The notes under the pieces are model-generated. The model ran no database searches and was not told the origin of the DNA. It saw only the letters and a program-made list of their open reading frames with translations. From Lytechinus pictus (Eukaryota), in NCBI RefSeq assembly GCF_037042905.1, contig NC_087252.1, positions 14,882,001 through 14,946,000 on the forward strand: a stretch of 64,000 bases of DNA, given 5' to 3'. The translations under genes and the position numbers were made by a program. Of the stretch, positions 52,101-64,000 are shown one piece after another; position 1 is the stretch's first letter; each line of letters opens with the position of its first letter.

Positions 52101-55100
52101 AGCTTTTTTCTGGAGAAGTAATATTCTATTTAGTTGTGTTTGTATTGCACATCCCCAGGCAATTATTCCGTAATCAATATATGGTAGAATAAGTGTGTAG
52201 TATAATGTTAACAAAGTTCGAGAAGGGATAAAATGTTTGAATTTATTAATAATTCCAATGTTTCTGGAAATTGTTTTACATATACTATCGATATGAGGCT
52301 TCCAGGATAATTTGTTGTCGATAAGGACACCCACGAATTTGGTAGTGGAAACATTATTAAGAACGAAATTATCAAAGAAAATACTGTCTGGTAGAGTATT
52401 GATTTTATTACTAAAAAGCATGTAGTTTGTTTTCTGGTGATTAAGCGAAAGTTTGTTGGCCTTGATCCAATCTGTAACATTTGTTAGTTCAGAATTTATG
52501 ATTCTAACGAGTTGGTTAATATCATCATGGAAAAAGAAAATATTGGAGTCGTCAGCAAAAAGTATAAATGAAAGTAAATCTGATGTATTTTTTATATCAT
52601 TGATATAAGTAATAAAAAGAGGTGGGCCTAGTAGGCTACCCTGGGGGACACCGCAAGTAATTGGAAGAGTAGATGAAATGCTATTATTTACTGATACAAA
52701 TTGGGTCCTATCAGTGAGGTAGCTCCTGAACCACTCCAAGGCCTTCCCTCTAACTCCATAATGACGTAGTTTATGAAGAAGAATTTCATGGTTTATAGTG
52801 TCGAAGGCCTTGGAGAAGTCCAGGAAAATACCGACAGTATGACAACTATTATCGATGGAAGTGGTGACTTTATTAATAAATGATAAAATTGCATGGGAAG
52901 TACTATGGTTTTCACGGAATCCAAATTGGGAGTTTGAAAAAATTTTGTGTAATTTGAAAAAAGCACTTGTTCTGGTATAGACAAGTTTTTCTAGAATTTT
53001 AGAAAGTGAGGTTAGTAAAGATATCGGACGAGATTTTCATGTTATTGGGGACCCGTCCAGTGCTAAGAGATGTGTTAAAGATATGTACCAATGGGTCAAC
53101 GATGGCTGCAATAATTTTTTTTAGTAGAAAGTTGGGTATACCATCGTACCCCGGGCTTTTCTTATTCTGTAGATTGCTAACTATATTTAATATTTCCATC
53201 GAATTAGTAGGATTAAAAAACATGGAATTGGGGTTAGGGTCGTCGAGGAAATCGGAAAAAGATTTGTTAGTTCGAGGAATATTTTTAGCCAAGTTGTTGC
53301 CAACATTTGAAAAATACGAATTGTACTCTCTTGTGATTATATTAGTGTCGTCTGTGATAGTATTGTTTGATTTTATTTTTGTGATTGTAGAGCTTTTTTT
53401 CTTTTTGTTCAGTACATTGTTGATAATCTTCCATGTATTTTTCATATCATTTTTGTAGATGTTTAATTGAGAAGTGTAGTATTCCCTTTTGGCAATACGT
53501 AATAATGTGGTAAGGGTGTTTTTATAACAAGTGTACTTAGAACGAGAGTTTTCGCTTGGTTTAGAGATATATTTGTAATAAAGGTTATTTTTACGGTTTA
53601 TAGATCGTAAGAGAGATTTAGTAATCCAGGGATGTATTGGGATCTTTTTATAATTAGATTTTCGGTTGGTAATAAGAGGAACATGAGTATCTAAAGAAGA
53701 CGTTAATTTGGTTATAAAAGAATCGTAAGCTACATCAACGTCTGTGGAGTAAAAAATGGTCGACCAGTCTGTATTGTCTAAATCATTAATTAAATGGGAA
53801 ATGCTATCATCGGTTATTTTACGATAGGAAGTATTATATGATTCATTCTTAAAAAGTTTATTTTTAGACAACTTCGCAAAAATTGAAAAGTGATCAGAAA
53901 TATCACTAAGGACTATACCAGCTGTGGGGGTAGGGTAAGTTACATTACTAAAAATATTATCTATAATAGTTGCAGAAGTGCTAGTTACTCACGTTGGTTT
54001 AGTAATTAGTGGTAAGAAAGAATTAGTCAAGAACATTTCGAGGAACTCTTGCGAGGTATTGTTAGTGTTACAATTTATTAAATTGATGTTGAAGTCCCCC
54101 ATAAAAAAGCATTCTTTATTTTTAAGAAATGGATTGAGTAAAAACTCATTGAGGGTTTCCAGAAAATGTTGAGTATTTGAATTTGGAGGTCGGTATAAAA
54201 CTCCCAGTATCAGATGTTTTCCTTTTGATGATTTCTACAAAGAGTGATTCTAAAGCTTCACTGGATAAAGTCATATTATTTATAAGATTATATTCGTATT
54301 GTTGGGGTATATAAAGTGCAACACCTCCACCGGGTCTAAGAGTTCTATTATTAACAACTAGATTAAAATCAGAGAGTTCAAAAAGAGAACAAGGATTTTC
54401 CGAAAACCACGTTTCAGTTATTCCAATGATTGAGTGTTTGGGAAACTGATTATTATCAAGAAATAATTTGAACTTGTCGAATTTTTTCTTGGCACTACGA
54501 ATATTAAGATGGAGAAGAAAAATATCTTCTTCAAGACTGCTAGAATTAATGAAAGATTTAAAATTTTGTTCTGTAAAATACTGTGAAGTATTAAGCTGCC
54601 CGCATGGGTCATTTGGGTCAAAGTTTGAGTTAAGATCAGCAGTATTATTATTCAGGTAGTTTTTTACATAAGCATCATAATAGGGGTTTTCTAACGTAGC
54701 GCCGTGTTGTGATGAAAGAGACAACAGGTCATCGTTGCATAACGAGCTGAATGGAAAGTCAGACATATCAGCCGTCGGAGCCGGGAAGAATTACACAAGA
54801 TACGCAAAGAGTAGACATGCACGCCGCCATGCTCCTGCTCCTGTTGCTGTGCAAGAAGAGGGAAACGGAAGGAATGAAAGTATGCTGTGCAAGAGAAAAA
54901 GACAATACAAGTTTAGTGGAAGAAGAGTAAAATGGAAAGAGAAGAGATAAGAAACCCGAACCAGACCAGAGACAAAAACGACCATTACTACTATGTGAAT
55001 GTTGTAGGATAGAAGAGAGGGAAACGAGAAACAAATGAAACATACAAGAGAAAAAAATGAAATTAAAAAAAAAAAAAATCTAAAAAATGGATGTAATTGA

Positions 55101-55170
55101 GAACGCTACAGACAAGGCCACGTGATAAGGGGGAAATAAGAATACTTTGCATTTATCCCCTTAGGAAATA
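49155..55170 (-). mobile_element. Disrupted full-length L2/CR1-group LINE related to 27710-31720; 5' end approximate
   Basis: ORF pieces 54766-54146, 53871-52999 and 52739-51714 are highly similar to the intact ORF; frameshifts and a deletion at about 53030; (AAATC)n tail at 49155-49175. Confidence 0.9.
49238..51217 (-). mobile_element. 5'-truncated LINE of a second L2/CR1-group family, inserted in the 3' UTR of the previous LINE
   Basis: RT motifs QSGFR, FLDLRKAFD, GVPQGSILGP, YADD, KYLGV in ORF 49503-50789; frameshift at about 50795; flanking repeat CGTAAT (49232, 51218); (AAT)-rich tail. Confidence 0.85.
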
Positions 55171-57016
55171 TAAAATCGTTGATTATACCTTATGAAAACG
55201 ATAACAATTCAGCAGATGTTAGAAGAAACAAGTTAAAAAAATCAGTTGTTAAACAATAGAAACGTTCCTCACTATTTATGCGCAACGCTGTCCACCACAA
55301 TAGTCTCACAGTATTAACTGTTTTAGTGTATGAAATCTTAAAGAACAAAAAATATATATTTATCAGCAGTAAACAACCATTGAAAAGTTCATATAGCAAA
55401 CATCAATCAAAACAACGCTTTCACTGAGTAGTCATGACCCCGGGGGGGGGGGGGCACTTACATTGACGATTGATGGCATACTATAATCATCACTATAATC
55501 ATCATGATCAAACTTTTCATTTTTTTATTATAATTTTTCTACCCTAAATTATTGGGGGGATGATAATACAGGCCACCCCCCATTTGAAATATTGGGGGGA
55601 TATGTCACCCCCATCCCCCCCCCCCGTGATCGACACCCATGATTTAGTTATACCATTTTCTACCTCAATGGTTATACCGTATGCATCCAAATCACATAAA
55701 AAGCTTACCAATACTTTTTACATACTCTTCAGATTTTAATCGGTTTTCATTCGATTTCAATGAAGTTCTAGCAAGAACTTTCATTAACAAGCAGATTGAA
55801 ACGAAACTTTGTTTTAAGTATTAAAGGAGTTTCTGTCATTCGGCCTCAATTTTGAAAATCTATTCTCCAAGAAAAACCTTTTATCAACTTTGTCTCTTGA
55901 AATGCACCTACCGTAATTTTTTTACGGATTTCAAATATCAACAAAATTGACGGAGATGAGAAATAAATCCTAAAAGATTCATTAAAACGCTACGAACTGA
56001 CAAAAAATGTCATGAAAATAGCAGACAAATAATATATCAATGAAATGTAATGTTTAAAAAAGCAAATACTATTGATTGTGCCTTCCGTAATTAACATTTA
56101 AATTATTTTTTTATTATACTCCCGAAAAAAAGATTAATCATCATGAATCCTTGAAAAATTGAAATATTTGCATTTTAGATAACAAGTTGTCATCTTTTCA
56201 CCAATCTTTTTTTTGTGTGTGTTTTGCACCAGACTTTTCTTCAGGGTGAACTTTTTTCTTAAACGATTCAAAACGGGTCATTGCTTGTCAATTAATTGGC
56301 AACACTCAGTGAAACAATTGCATCGCAAACATTATCTCATAAAACAATACTATATATAATATATATAAATTTATAGTATGCTATATAGGGCGTTTTTAAA
56401 CTACTCTCCATTAGAGAGCGCCATTTACCTGGGGCGTTTACAGCATTCTCAAAACTTGATCTTCTTCAATAAAGATTTTTGTTCGTGATGTTACTCTTAC
56501 TTAGTGTTTTCAATCTATTTTTTTAAGTTACATATGCTGCCCTGCATATCATTAATTACTTCGTGATGCGTGCTTCAATTAATATAGTGTTTATTAAATA
56601 AATGCTTATTTCGAATACATTATATATTTAGCAAGGATGACAATTTTGGCCTGTTGTGTAAATATAGGAACGGTGTATCCTATCAGTATTTTTCTATTAC
56701 TTACCTTCTCCACTTTGATGTTTTGAAATTTTGATTCAATTAATAATAATGATAATATTATTATCAAGTCCTGTTTATACAGGGAATAGCCTGCAGACTG
56801 TTCTCACAGGGGGCCCTGTTACATGTGTACATAAGCAAAGGAAACAAAAACCGAACAATACAACAAAAAAAAAAATAGGCCTATAGAAAAATATTGTGAG
56901 TTTTCAAAAAGACAAAATAAAAATCACTTTGACCCTAGGTGGACAAATTAATCAATTACGTCTGGTAAAAGAAAAGTGAATGAAGGGGTTCAAACCTGGA
57001 ATATTACACGACTTAA

Positions 57017-57415
57017 AGAGAAATTCCAGTATTTGCAGTAAACACTGATTTCATGAGAAAGTCTGTAAAACAAGGCTTAATTGTCAGTATATCATCGAGG
57101 ATCTAGATCTGGTACAGTTACATTAACTGAACTTTGTGAAATCTTGAAATCTACGCTGAAAAATGTTCAGACTGAAGATCTCCAACACAGATAAGCGCAC
57201 GCGGGACAGTGTATAATTATTGCTTTGAATGTCGGGCTCGACGCTAGCTCTACCCGAATCATGTGCTTATTTGCTGATTTCTCAGCAATTACACAATTTC
57301 TTCCAGAATCCTTTGGCACATACGTTTTATTTATACAAACAGACACTTTGGTGGTCATTTCATTGGATTCTGTACGAACTCATTTTGATATCGTTACCAA
57401 AACTAGCATTTACCT
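57017..57415. mobile_element. Kolobok-like MITE, family 5
   Basis: TTAA on both sides; imperfect TIR AGAGAAATTCCAGT / ACTAGCATTTACCT. Confidence 0.6.
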
Positions 57416-57910
57416 TTAAATTGCATGTAAGTGGCGTATAATATTATTTAAATTGTTTAGGTTTAGATTAGGACAAGAACCTTTTTATTATGAAATAAAC
57501 CGAAAGTGATTGTGTAAATCGATAGAGCAAAAGAAAATGATATTCAGAGTGGCAAAATTTACATTTGAGACCCGTGGTTTTCTTGACAGTTGAGGAAAAC
57601 TTCAGCTGTGCGAATATTTAGATTGACAAATTTGAGCGGGGAGCGAGGTTGGATGGAGGGAAAAGGCGAGATGGGATAGAATGGGAGAGATGGAGAGAGG
57701 GAGGTTGAGAGAAAACAGAGTGAGGGGGAGTGTGACACTAGAGAGAAAGGAACAGAGATTGAGATGGAGGGGGGGTAGATAAGGCAATATTCGAGTCCAT
57801 TCATTCATGTTTCATAAAGAAACAGAGATGGTGCGAGAGAGGCTGGGTAGGGGAGAGAGATAGTATCCCAGAGGGGGGGGGGGGGCAAAGAGAAAGAGGA
57901 CTTGGCCATC

Positions 57911-59781
57911 TTCTTCTTCTTCTGTGTTGAATTCCTCCGTTCACCGGAGAACTGCAAGCCTTTGGTTGCAGAACAGCAAGGTAAAATAAAATAATGAGCT
58001 ATTAGTCACTGTTAGCAGCAGCTTGATCAACAAGGCGCTGTCTTGAGAAATGTATATCAAGCACAAATTGGAGAGTAACTGGATGAAAGTCAGGAAACTG
58101 ATACGAGACATTGCCTATTACACCAAGGAGGTTAGTCTGGTTCTTGCAGCATGAAGATAGGTGTCTGTATTTGGAAAGCTTGAGAGCACTTTAATTGCAT
58201 CCTCTGGAAAATGTTTCAGAAGATTATTTCTAAGATGGGTATAGGCTATGCATTCACTAACAAAGTGGAAGACAGTTTCCGCAGGTGCATGGCAAGCAGG
58301 ACAACTTGGGTCGGAAACTAGTCTGGAGATCTTGCACAGTCGACTTTGAGTGAGATAGGTGCTGGTAAGAAGCTGAGCTTTCATGCTGAGGCTATCCGGA
58401 GGTGTGCAGGGTGAATGATGGATGGGACTACATGATAGGGAAGCACCAAGTCAATATCATGGAACAGAAGAAGGGATGACTTAAGGACGTTCCACAGTTA
58501 TGTTTGTGCACATTATGATCTGCGCATAATTTACACTCTGCGCGCTGACGTCACAATGGATGAACAGGTGATTAATTAGCTGCGGGTATGAGCTGATTTT
58601 TCTCATCTTCTGCACTTTAACTGCAGATCCGATGCGTTATTTCATGAATATAAAAAATGGAATTATCCCATGGACCAGTCAAAAAAATATTCTCTACAAT
58701 TTCAAAATACTTTACTCTGCAGTGCTGCCAAGAATCACGAATATTAGCCCGAGTTTGAATAAATGGTAGAGTGGTTTTGATTTTTTCTTCACATAGATAC
58801 TAAGCATTCGGCGCATTTTTTGGTGTTTTAAAAAGCACATTTGCTCTAATAAAAATGGTGATAGTTTAAAAACAAGCACATGAACCCCTATTTTTTAATG
58901 TTTGTACCTCTTAGGTATACCTTCCTCTACAACTCTGCAAATTTTGGTGAAAATGACATGGATTTTGAATAAAGTGCAGCATTTATTGTACGTTTGTAGT
59001 TTGTTACTGAAATTTTACATTTTTCAGATTGGGATTTTGTTATCTTTTACGCCATTTTTAAGAACTGACATTGCTGTTAAACTTAAAATTGCAAACAAAC
59101 AGCACTATAAATAGATTCTCCATTCTAACGATACAATTATTAACTCTCTTGCGAAATTTGATGACTTTTTCATGTATTTTGACTGAGTAATAGAGGTTTA
59201 AACTCATTGTAGTAATCTTGGGCGGTCTAAAAATGCCAAATTCTTTTGAATGCGCAATTCTTAAAAACATCAATTTGGGTGAACTTTGAAGCTCTATAGC
59301 AAAAAATCAAGCACATGGACCTATGTTAATTTTTGCATATTTCGAATATTAAAGTTCTAAAGTATCTATGTGCAAAGTTTGGTGAAAATGACATGGATTT
59401 CACTTTAACTGTGGAACGTCCTTAAGGGAGGTTTCTTCGGAGAGGGATGCAAGGGCCTTACTTTCCACTGCATTTGTTACTCTCTTCTTCCATGTCAGAT
59501 ACGAGCAGCCTTGCTGCAGGAGATCCAGTAGAGATGGAAGATTGTACTTCTCTAGAAGAACCTTGAGGGTTTTAATGATAGGAATAGTAGGATCCTGACA
59601 GACAACACTAAAAAAGATCCTGTGCTCAATTCTGTCCTGAGGAAGAGAGATAATCTTTCCCAGAAGACGCAGATGTAGGAGATTAATTGAGTCAGATAGA
59701 AGGGGAATCCCTGTGAGCAGAAGAACAGCCTCCTGTGCAGTTGTCCTTGGAAGACCAAGTAGCTTTTTGAAAAGGTGACTC
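57911..59781 (-). pseudogene. 5'-truncated LINE 3' end (RTE-X-like), split by a Kolobok-like element
   Basis: KKLLGLPRTT...TWKKRV and C-terminal zinc knuckle CPAC...ETVFHFVSEC; (GAA)n tail; empty-site sequence GGCCATC|ATAGAG visible at about 60105. Confidence 0.75.
58485..59421. mobile_element. Kolobok-like element, family 4, short copy
   Basis: Perfect TIR GGACGTTCCACAGTTA / TAACTGTGGAACGTCC with TTAA TSDs. Confidence 0.9.
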
Positions 59782-61444
59782 ATAGAGAAAGAAACAGAGA
59801 GAAAGAAACAGAGATTGAGATGGAGGGGGGTGGCGAGGACAATATTTTCGTCCATTATGTTTCATAAAGAAACAGAGAGATGGTGCGAGAGGGGCTGGAT
59901 GGGGGAGATATTGTTTGCTAGAGGGGGGGGGGCAAAGAACTTGGCCGTTATAGCCAAAGGAACAGAGATTGGGATGGAGGAGAGGGGGTGGTGAGGGCAA
60001 TATTCGAGTCCATTCATTCATGTTTCTGAAAGAAATGGTGCGAGAGAGGCTGGGTATGGGGAGAGATAGTATCCCAGAGGGGGGGGGCAAAGAGAAAAGG
60101 AACTTGGCCATCATAGAGAAAGAAACACTGATCAATATTCGAAGATTTGACTCAATTCATTCATGATTCATAAAGAAACAGAGAGCGTGTGCTAAGACAG
60201 AGCAGTGGCGAGCTATTACAGACACAGAGGGGAAGGGAGATTGCAAGAGAGAATGAGAGGGGAAGAGAGAAATCGAAACTTGAAAAAGGGAGAGGGTGGT
60301 GCTTGTCCATTTGTTTATGTACAAAATTGATGAAGCTGGAGAACTATCGCCATGTTCATGCGCCTGCGCACTTCAGTTTTGTAGCTCAATTTATGAATAA
60401 TTCATGCACCATAGCGTTCCCATGTATGGAAAAAATATTCGCGATCCGTGCAACGATCTCCAAACGAAGGAAGGGAAGTTTTCTGTGATTTCGTGATGAA
60501 CTATAGCGCTCAACTGCGGCGGTCACAACTTTGACAAAAACACGTGTTCGCTGCTGCTCACGTTTTTGTGAAAAGTAATGCATTGAGGAGCAACGTTTTA
60601 TCAAGCACGGTGAATAGCGATGGGTACATATTTCCGTGGATGGGTACAGTGAATGCTACTACTTTGTGCGGGGGAATTATTTTTTTAATTTCCTCCATTT
60701 TATTTGTTGTGCGTTCACAAAAATAAGGTTCAAAATCACAGTAGAGTCAACTAGATACTAGAGACAAGAGAGACGGCTCCTTTTCATTTTAATTTGATAA
60801 AACATCGAAAGCTTCCCGCTTCGTGCGGGAGGAGGAAACTACCCCTCCCTGCACCCACCCCATATGGAGCGCGCTTCGCGCACTCTGTAAGTGTTGGCAC
60901 GCTTCGCGAGCATTTACCGCCCCCTCCAAAATGTAACCCTGGCTATGCGGTTGTCCCAGGTGATTTTCATTTTTGTACAGTTTATATGGCCAAAAGGCAT
61001 ATTGTCAGTCATAAAATCAACTATTTCTGCCACAATAATCATAATACTAAGAGGTTGTATTATATTCATCAGTGATTCCTTAATAAATTCTTTGTATAAT
61101 CTTCGTTCGGCGAATAAGTAATGGGAAACTTGTGATAGTGTTATTGATATCAATATTAACATATAGTAATAATAATAATCATAATAATAAAAGTGGAACT
61201 TTAATTAACACTTTGATCTTCATTTGTTTCATTGTTGTCGTCTCCTTACATGAGGTGTTGGGTAATGATTGAGCATGACCATGTTGACATTTAATTTAGT
61301 TTGATACATGTAGATTGGAAGTTTTAAAAAGGAACTCTGAAAAGGATGGATAAATATACGGGTATTCCAAAAAGGATAGGCTTATAGCACCGAAGTCTCT
61401 TCCGTCGCGCGAACCACCAGAGTCGAAGAGTATCAATTCATATA

Positions 61445-61932
61445 TCGTATGCTTGGATAATCAGTAGGCATTCTTTGCAGTGATGTAAATTTTAATTTGC
61501 GTCACGGTAAGACACGACTGCAATTAATGAATCCAGATGTCGATGATGTCGTAATCCTACGTGAGATAGTAAACATTTTATTTGCAAATCCATTTTCAAT
61601 GAAATTAACTTGAATTTTAATACTTGTTTATTAATTAATTATAGGTCCTACAGTAAATTATTGTAAAAAAAATGTTTTTTTAAATGGATTTTGATGCAAC
61701 CCTTGTAGGATTATGACATCATTCATATTTGGATTCATTAATTGTAGTCTTGCCTTATTTGGCGCAAATCAGAATTTACATCACTGCAAAGAATCTCCTT
61801 ATCATTCAAACATAAAGACATACCACATAAATATGGTTATTATTCAGGAGAGCACACTGACTCAGTCAGGTCATAGCTAATAATCATGTGTTTATGACGT
61901 ATGTGTCGAGTATTTTGTTTTTACTAATACGA
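61445..61932. mobile_element. Tc1/mariner-like MITE, duplicated counterpart of 18425-21411
   Basis: Same inner TIRs and same flanks; left end deleted. Confidence 0.65.
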
Positions 61933-62815
61933 GTTTCTGTGGCATCTCGCACATAGCTGCTCAACACAATAATGAAAAATTCATCACTATCGGTCAAGAA
62001 CGATGAAGTTATGACATTTTATCTTTTTGCAAAATTTCGGTAAAACAGTTTCACCCACAATTCATGAATATAGCACACTCAAAAAAAAAGTTACCCAATA
62101 TCGGGTAAAATGGGAACATGCATGTTGGTTGCGTATAAAGCAGATTATATCATTTCCCCACTTGATTCTGTTTTTTTATTATTATATGAAATTCTATTTA
62201 TACAAATCTGGGAATAATGTTAATATAGGATTGATCGTACTGATTCAATGCGTTTGATTATCATTGATGTAACTTCTTTTGTTAAAAATTGAGACAGTAC
62301 GTACAAGTATGAAAATACATTATATGAAGTGATTGTAATTGTGAATTGTTATTCAGTTTATAAAAGGAAAAAAGTGTGGACATGACATAATCAGCATTCT
62401 ATTGTATATTCATGCCGGCGTGCATATAACTGTTCTTACAAAATATTGCTAAACTTTAAATTTCAGTAACTTCGTTATTTTCATCAGATTTGGTCAGACT
62501 GTCAGCGTTGTGTTTGTTTAATTTCATTATATTGATTTTATTTGGACGATTGTTAGCTTGCAGTACCCCTTCAATAATAAAGAAAAACTTGACATACTCG
62601 CTTAGTTCTGAAGCATGTTTTTTTTTTTAATCAAAACAAAATAATATAAAGAAGAATAATAAATCTTTTCATCATAGTCATGTACAATAAAAAATTTGTT
62701 CGTTATGATGGGGGTTAGTGTTGGTTCTTTGTGAAAGAGAAAGGGAGAGAGGATGGGGGCTAGTTGGGGTTGTGAGAGAGAGAGGGGGGGGTTATAGGCA
62801 TGATGTCGGTGTTGA

Positions 62816-63396
62816 AGGGCAAGTCCACCCCCAACAAAAAGTTGATTTAAATAAAAAGAGAAAAATCCAAAAAGCATAGCACTGAAAATATCATTAAAAT
62901 CGGATGTAAAATGAGAAAGTTATGACATTTTTAAGTTCACTTAATTTCATAAAACAGATATATGCACATCCCGGTTGGTTTGCAAATGAGGGAACTGATG
63001 ACATCACTGTTTCTTTTGTATTTTATTATATGAAATATGGAATATTCTAATTTTCTCCCCATTGTGCAGTGAAACAAAGTTTTATTTCTACCTGAACATG
63101 TGGAATTACCATTGTTTAGAATTTTATGGTTCAGTCAAGTTGGTCCTTATAGTCAAATCTGTAAAACTTGAAATAATGTATAATTCAAATTTAAAAAAAT
63201 AGTGAGTGAAGGACATCATCCATTCTCTCATTTGCAAGTGACGAAATTGTGCATATAATTAATTTGCGAAAGCAAAATTTTGAAATGTCACAACTTTCTT
63301 ATTTTACATCTGATTTTGATGATATTTTCAGCATTATGCTTGTCTGATTTTTATCTATTGAATCCAATCAACATTTTTCGGAGGTGAACTTGACCT
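62816..63396. mobile_element. Kolobok-like MITE, family 1
   Basis: AGGGCAAGTCCACCCC ... GGTGAACTTGACCT|TTAA. Confidence 0.85.
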
Positions 63397-63551
63397 TTAA
63401 TGGTGTAAGAGAGAGGGACAGGGTGGAGAGCTAGTTCGGGTGATGGTGTGTGTGTAAAAGAGAGAGAGAGGGGGGTGGGGAGGCTATAATTAGGTTTGAT
63501 GTAAGAGAGAGATGGATGAGGAGAGAGAGGCTGGTTTGATTCATGAGAGAG

Positions 63552-63710
63552 CACTAGCGTACCTAAGGGGGGTAGGGGGGCAGTCTGCCCCCCCCCCCTG
63601 ACGAGTCACAACCTATGCAGAAGACGTACCCCTGCCCCCCCTATACTTGTGGTTGAAGACCGTTTTTTTTTTGCTTGTCAATTTTTTGACAAATCCTAGG
63701 TACGCCACTT
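63552..63710. mobile_element. hAT-like MITE (same family as 19-230, internally deleted)
   Basis: Same termini; TSD TGAGAGAG/TAAGAGAG. Confidence 0.8.
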
Positions 63711-64000
63711 TAAGAGAGAGTGGGAAAGTTAGGGCCTGGGGGTCTGTTCCTCTAACCCAATCTGCATGTCTTTTAAAGGAATAAGGGTCAAGCAACCAAT
63801 ATATCTACGTACAGTATGGATGCATATACAGTACTCACAATGCTGCAGGCTACTACTAGGCCTGAGAACTAGCTAGTGACGAGCGAGCTGATTTCTACAT
63901 AGGCATGCATCCGGAGGGTGGCAGTACTTCCTGCGACATTTGCTCCCGTCTTCATACATTAATCAGAGGGCGTAGGGTGTATAGTGGCACTCGAGGATCT

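Larger units (their letters stand above)
47504..55641. mobile_element. hAT-like element inflated to 8.1 kb by nested insertions
   Basis: Perfect TIR CATGGGTGTCGATC / GATCGACACCCATG and perfect TSD ATTTAGTT. Confidence 0.85.

Noticed and set aside
44698..59421. One giant Kolobok-like element defined by the outer GGACGTTCCACAGTTA TIRs
   Set aside because: Each copy has its own second terminus and TTAA, and the right copy interrupts a LINE fragment whose two halves flank it
1..64000. Autonomous transposase gene
   Set aside because: No ORF with DDE transposase or Rep/helicase features was seen; superfamily labels rest only on termini and TSDs

Overview
AT-rich, repeat-dense animal genomic DNA. 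The MITE, SINE and LINE repertoire resembles a sea urchin or other echinoderm; this is an inference, not a database result. Most of the window is non-autonomous DNA transposons (TTAA-target Kolobok-like, 8-bp-TSD hAT-like, TA-target Tc1/mariner-like, MULE-like, Harbinger-like, Academ-like, a Helentron-type HINE), tRNA-derived SINE fragments and LINEs, including one intact 1,045-aa endonuclease/RT ORF. Under the repeats is an old tandem segmental duplication (copy A about 2.2-22 kb, copy B about 25.7-62.2 kb). Each copy carries a small + strand three-exon gene that the ORF track only shows in pieces. Gene A (5'UTR exon ending 2697; CDS 6570-6813 + 15708-16078; 204 aa) encodes a divergent death-fold-like domain, a bipartite NLS and a coiled coil. 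Gene B (5'UTR exon ending 26074; CDS 38267-38372 + 42709-43166; about 187 aa) has lost most of the death-like domain but keeps splice phase, NLS and a longer coiled coil. Both copies keep NF-kB-consensus sites in homologous non-coding blocks. The best candidate novel system is an NF-kB-inducible nuclear death-domain adaptor with a death-domain-less paralog. All alignments and coordinates were read by eye.
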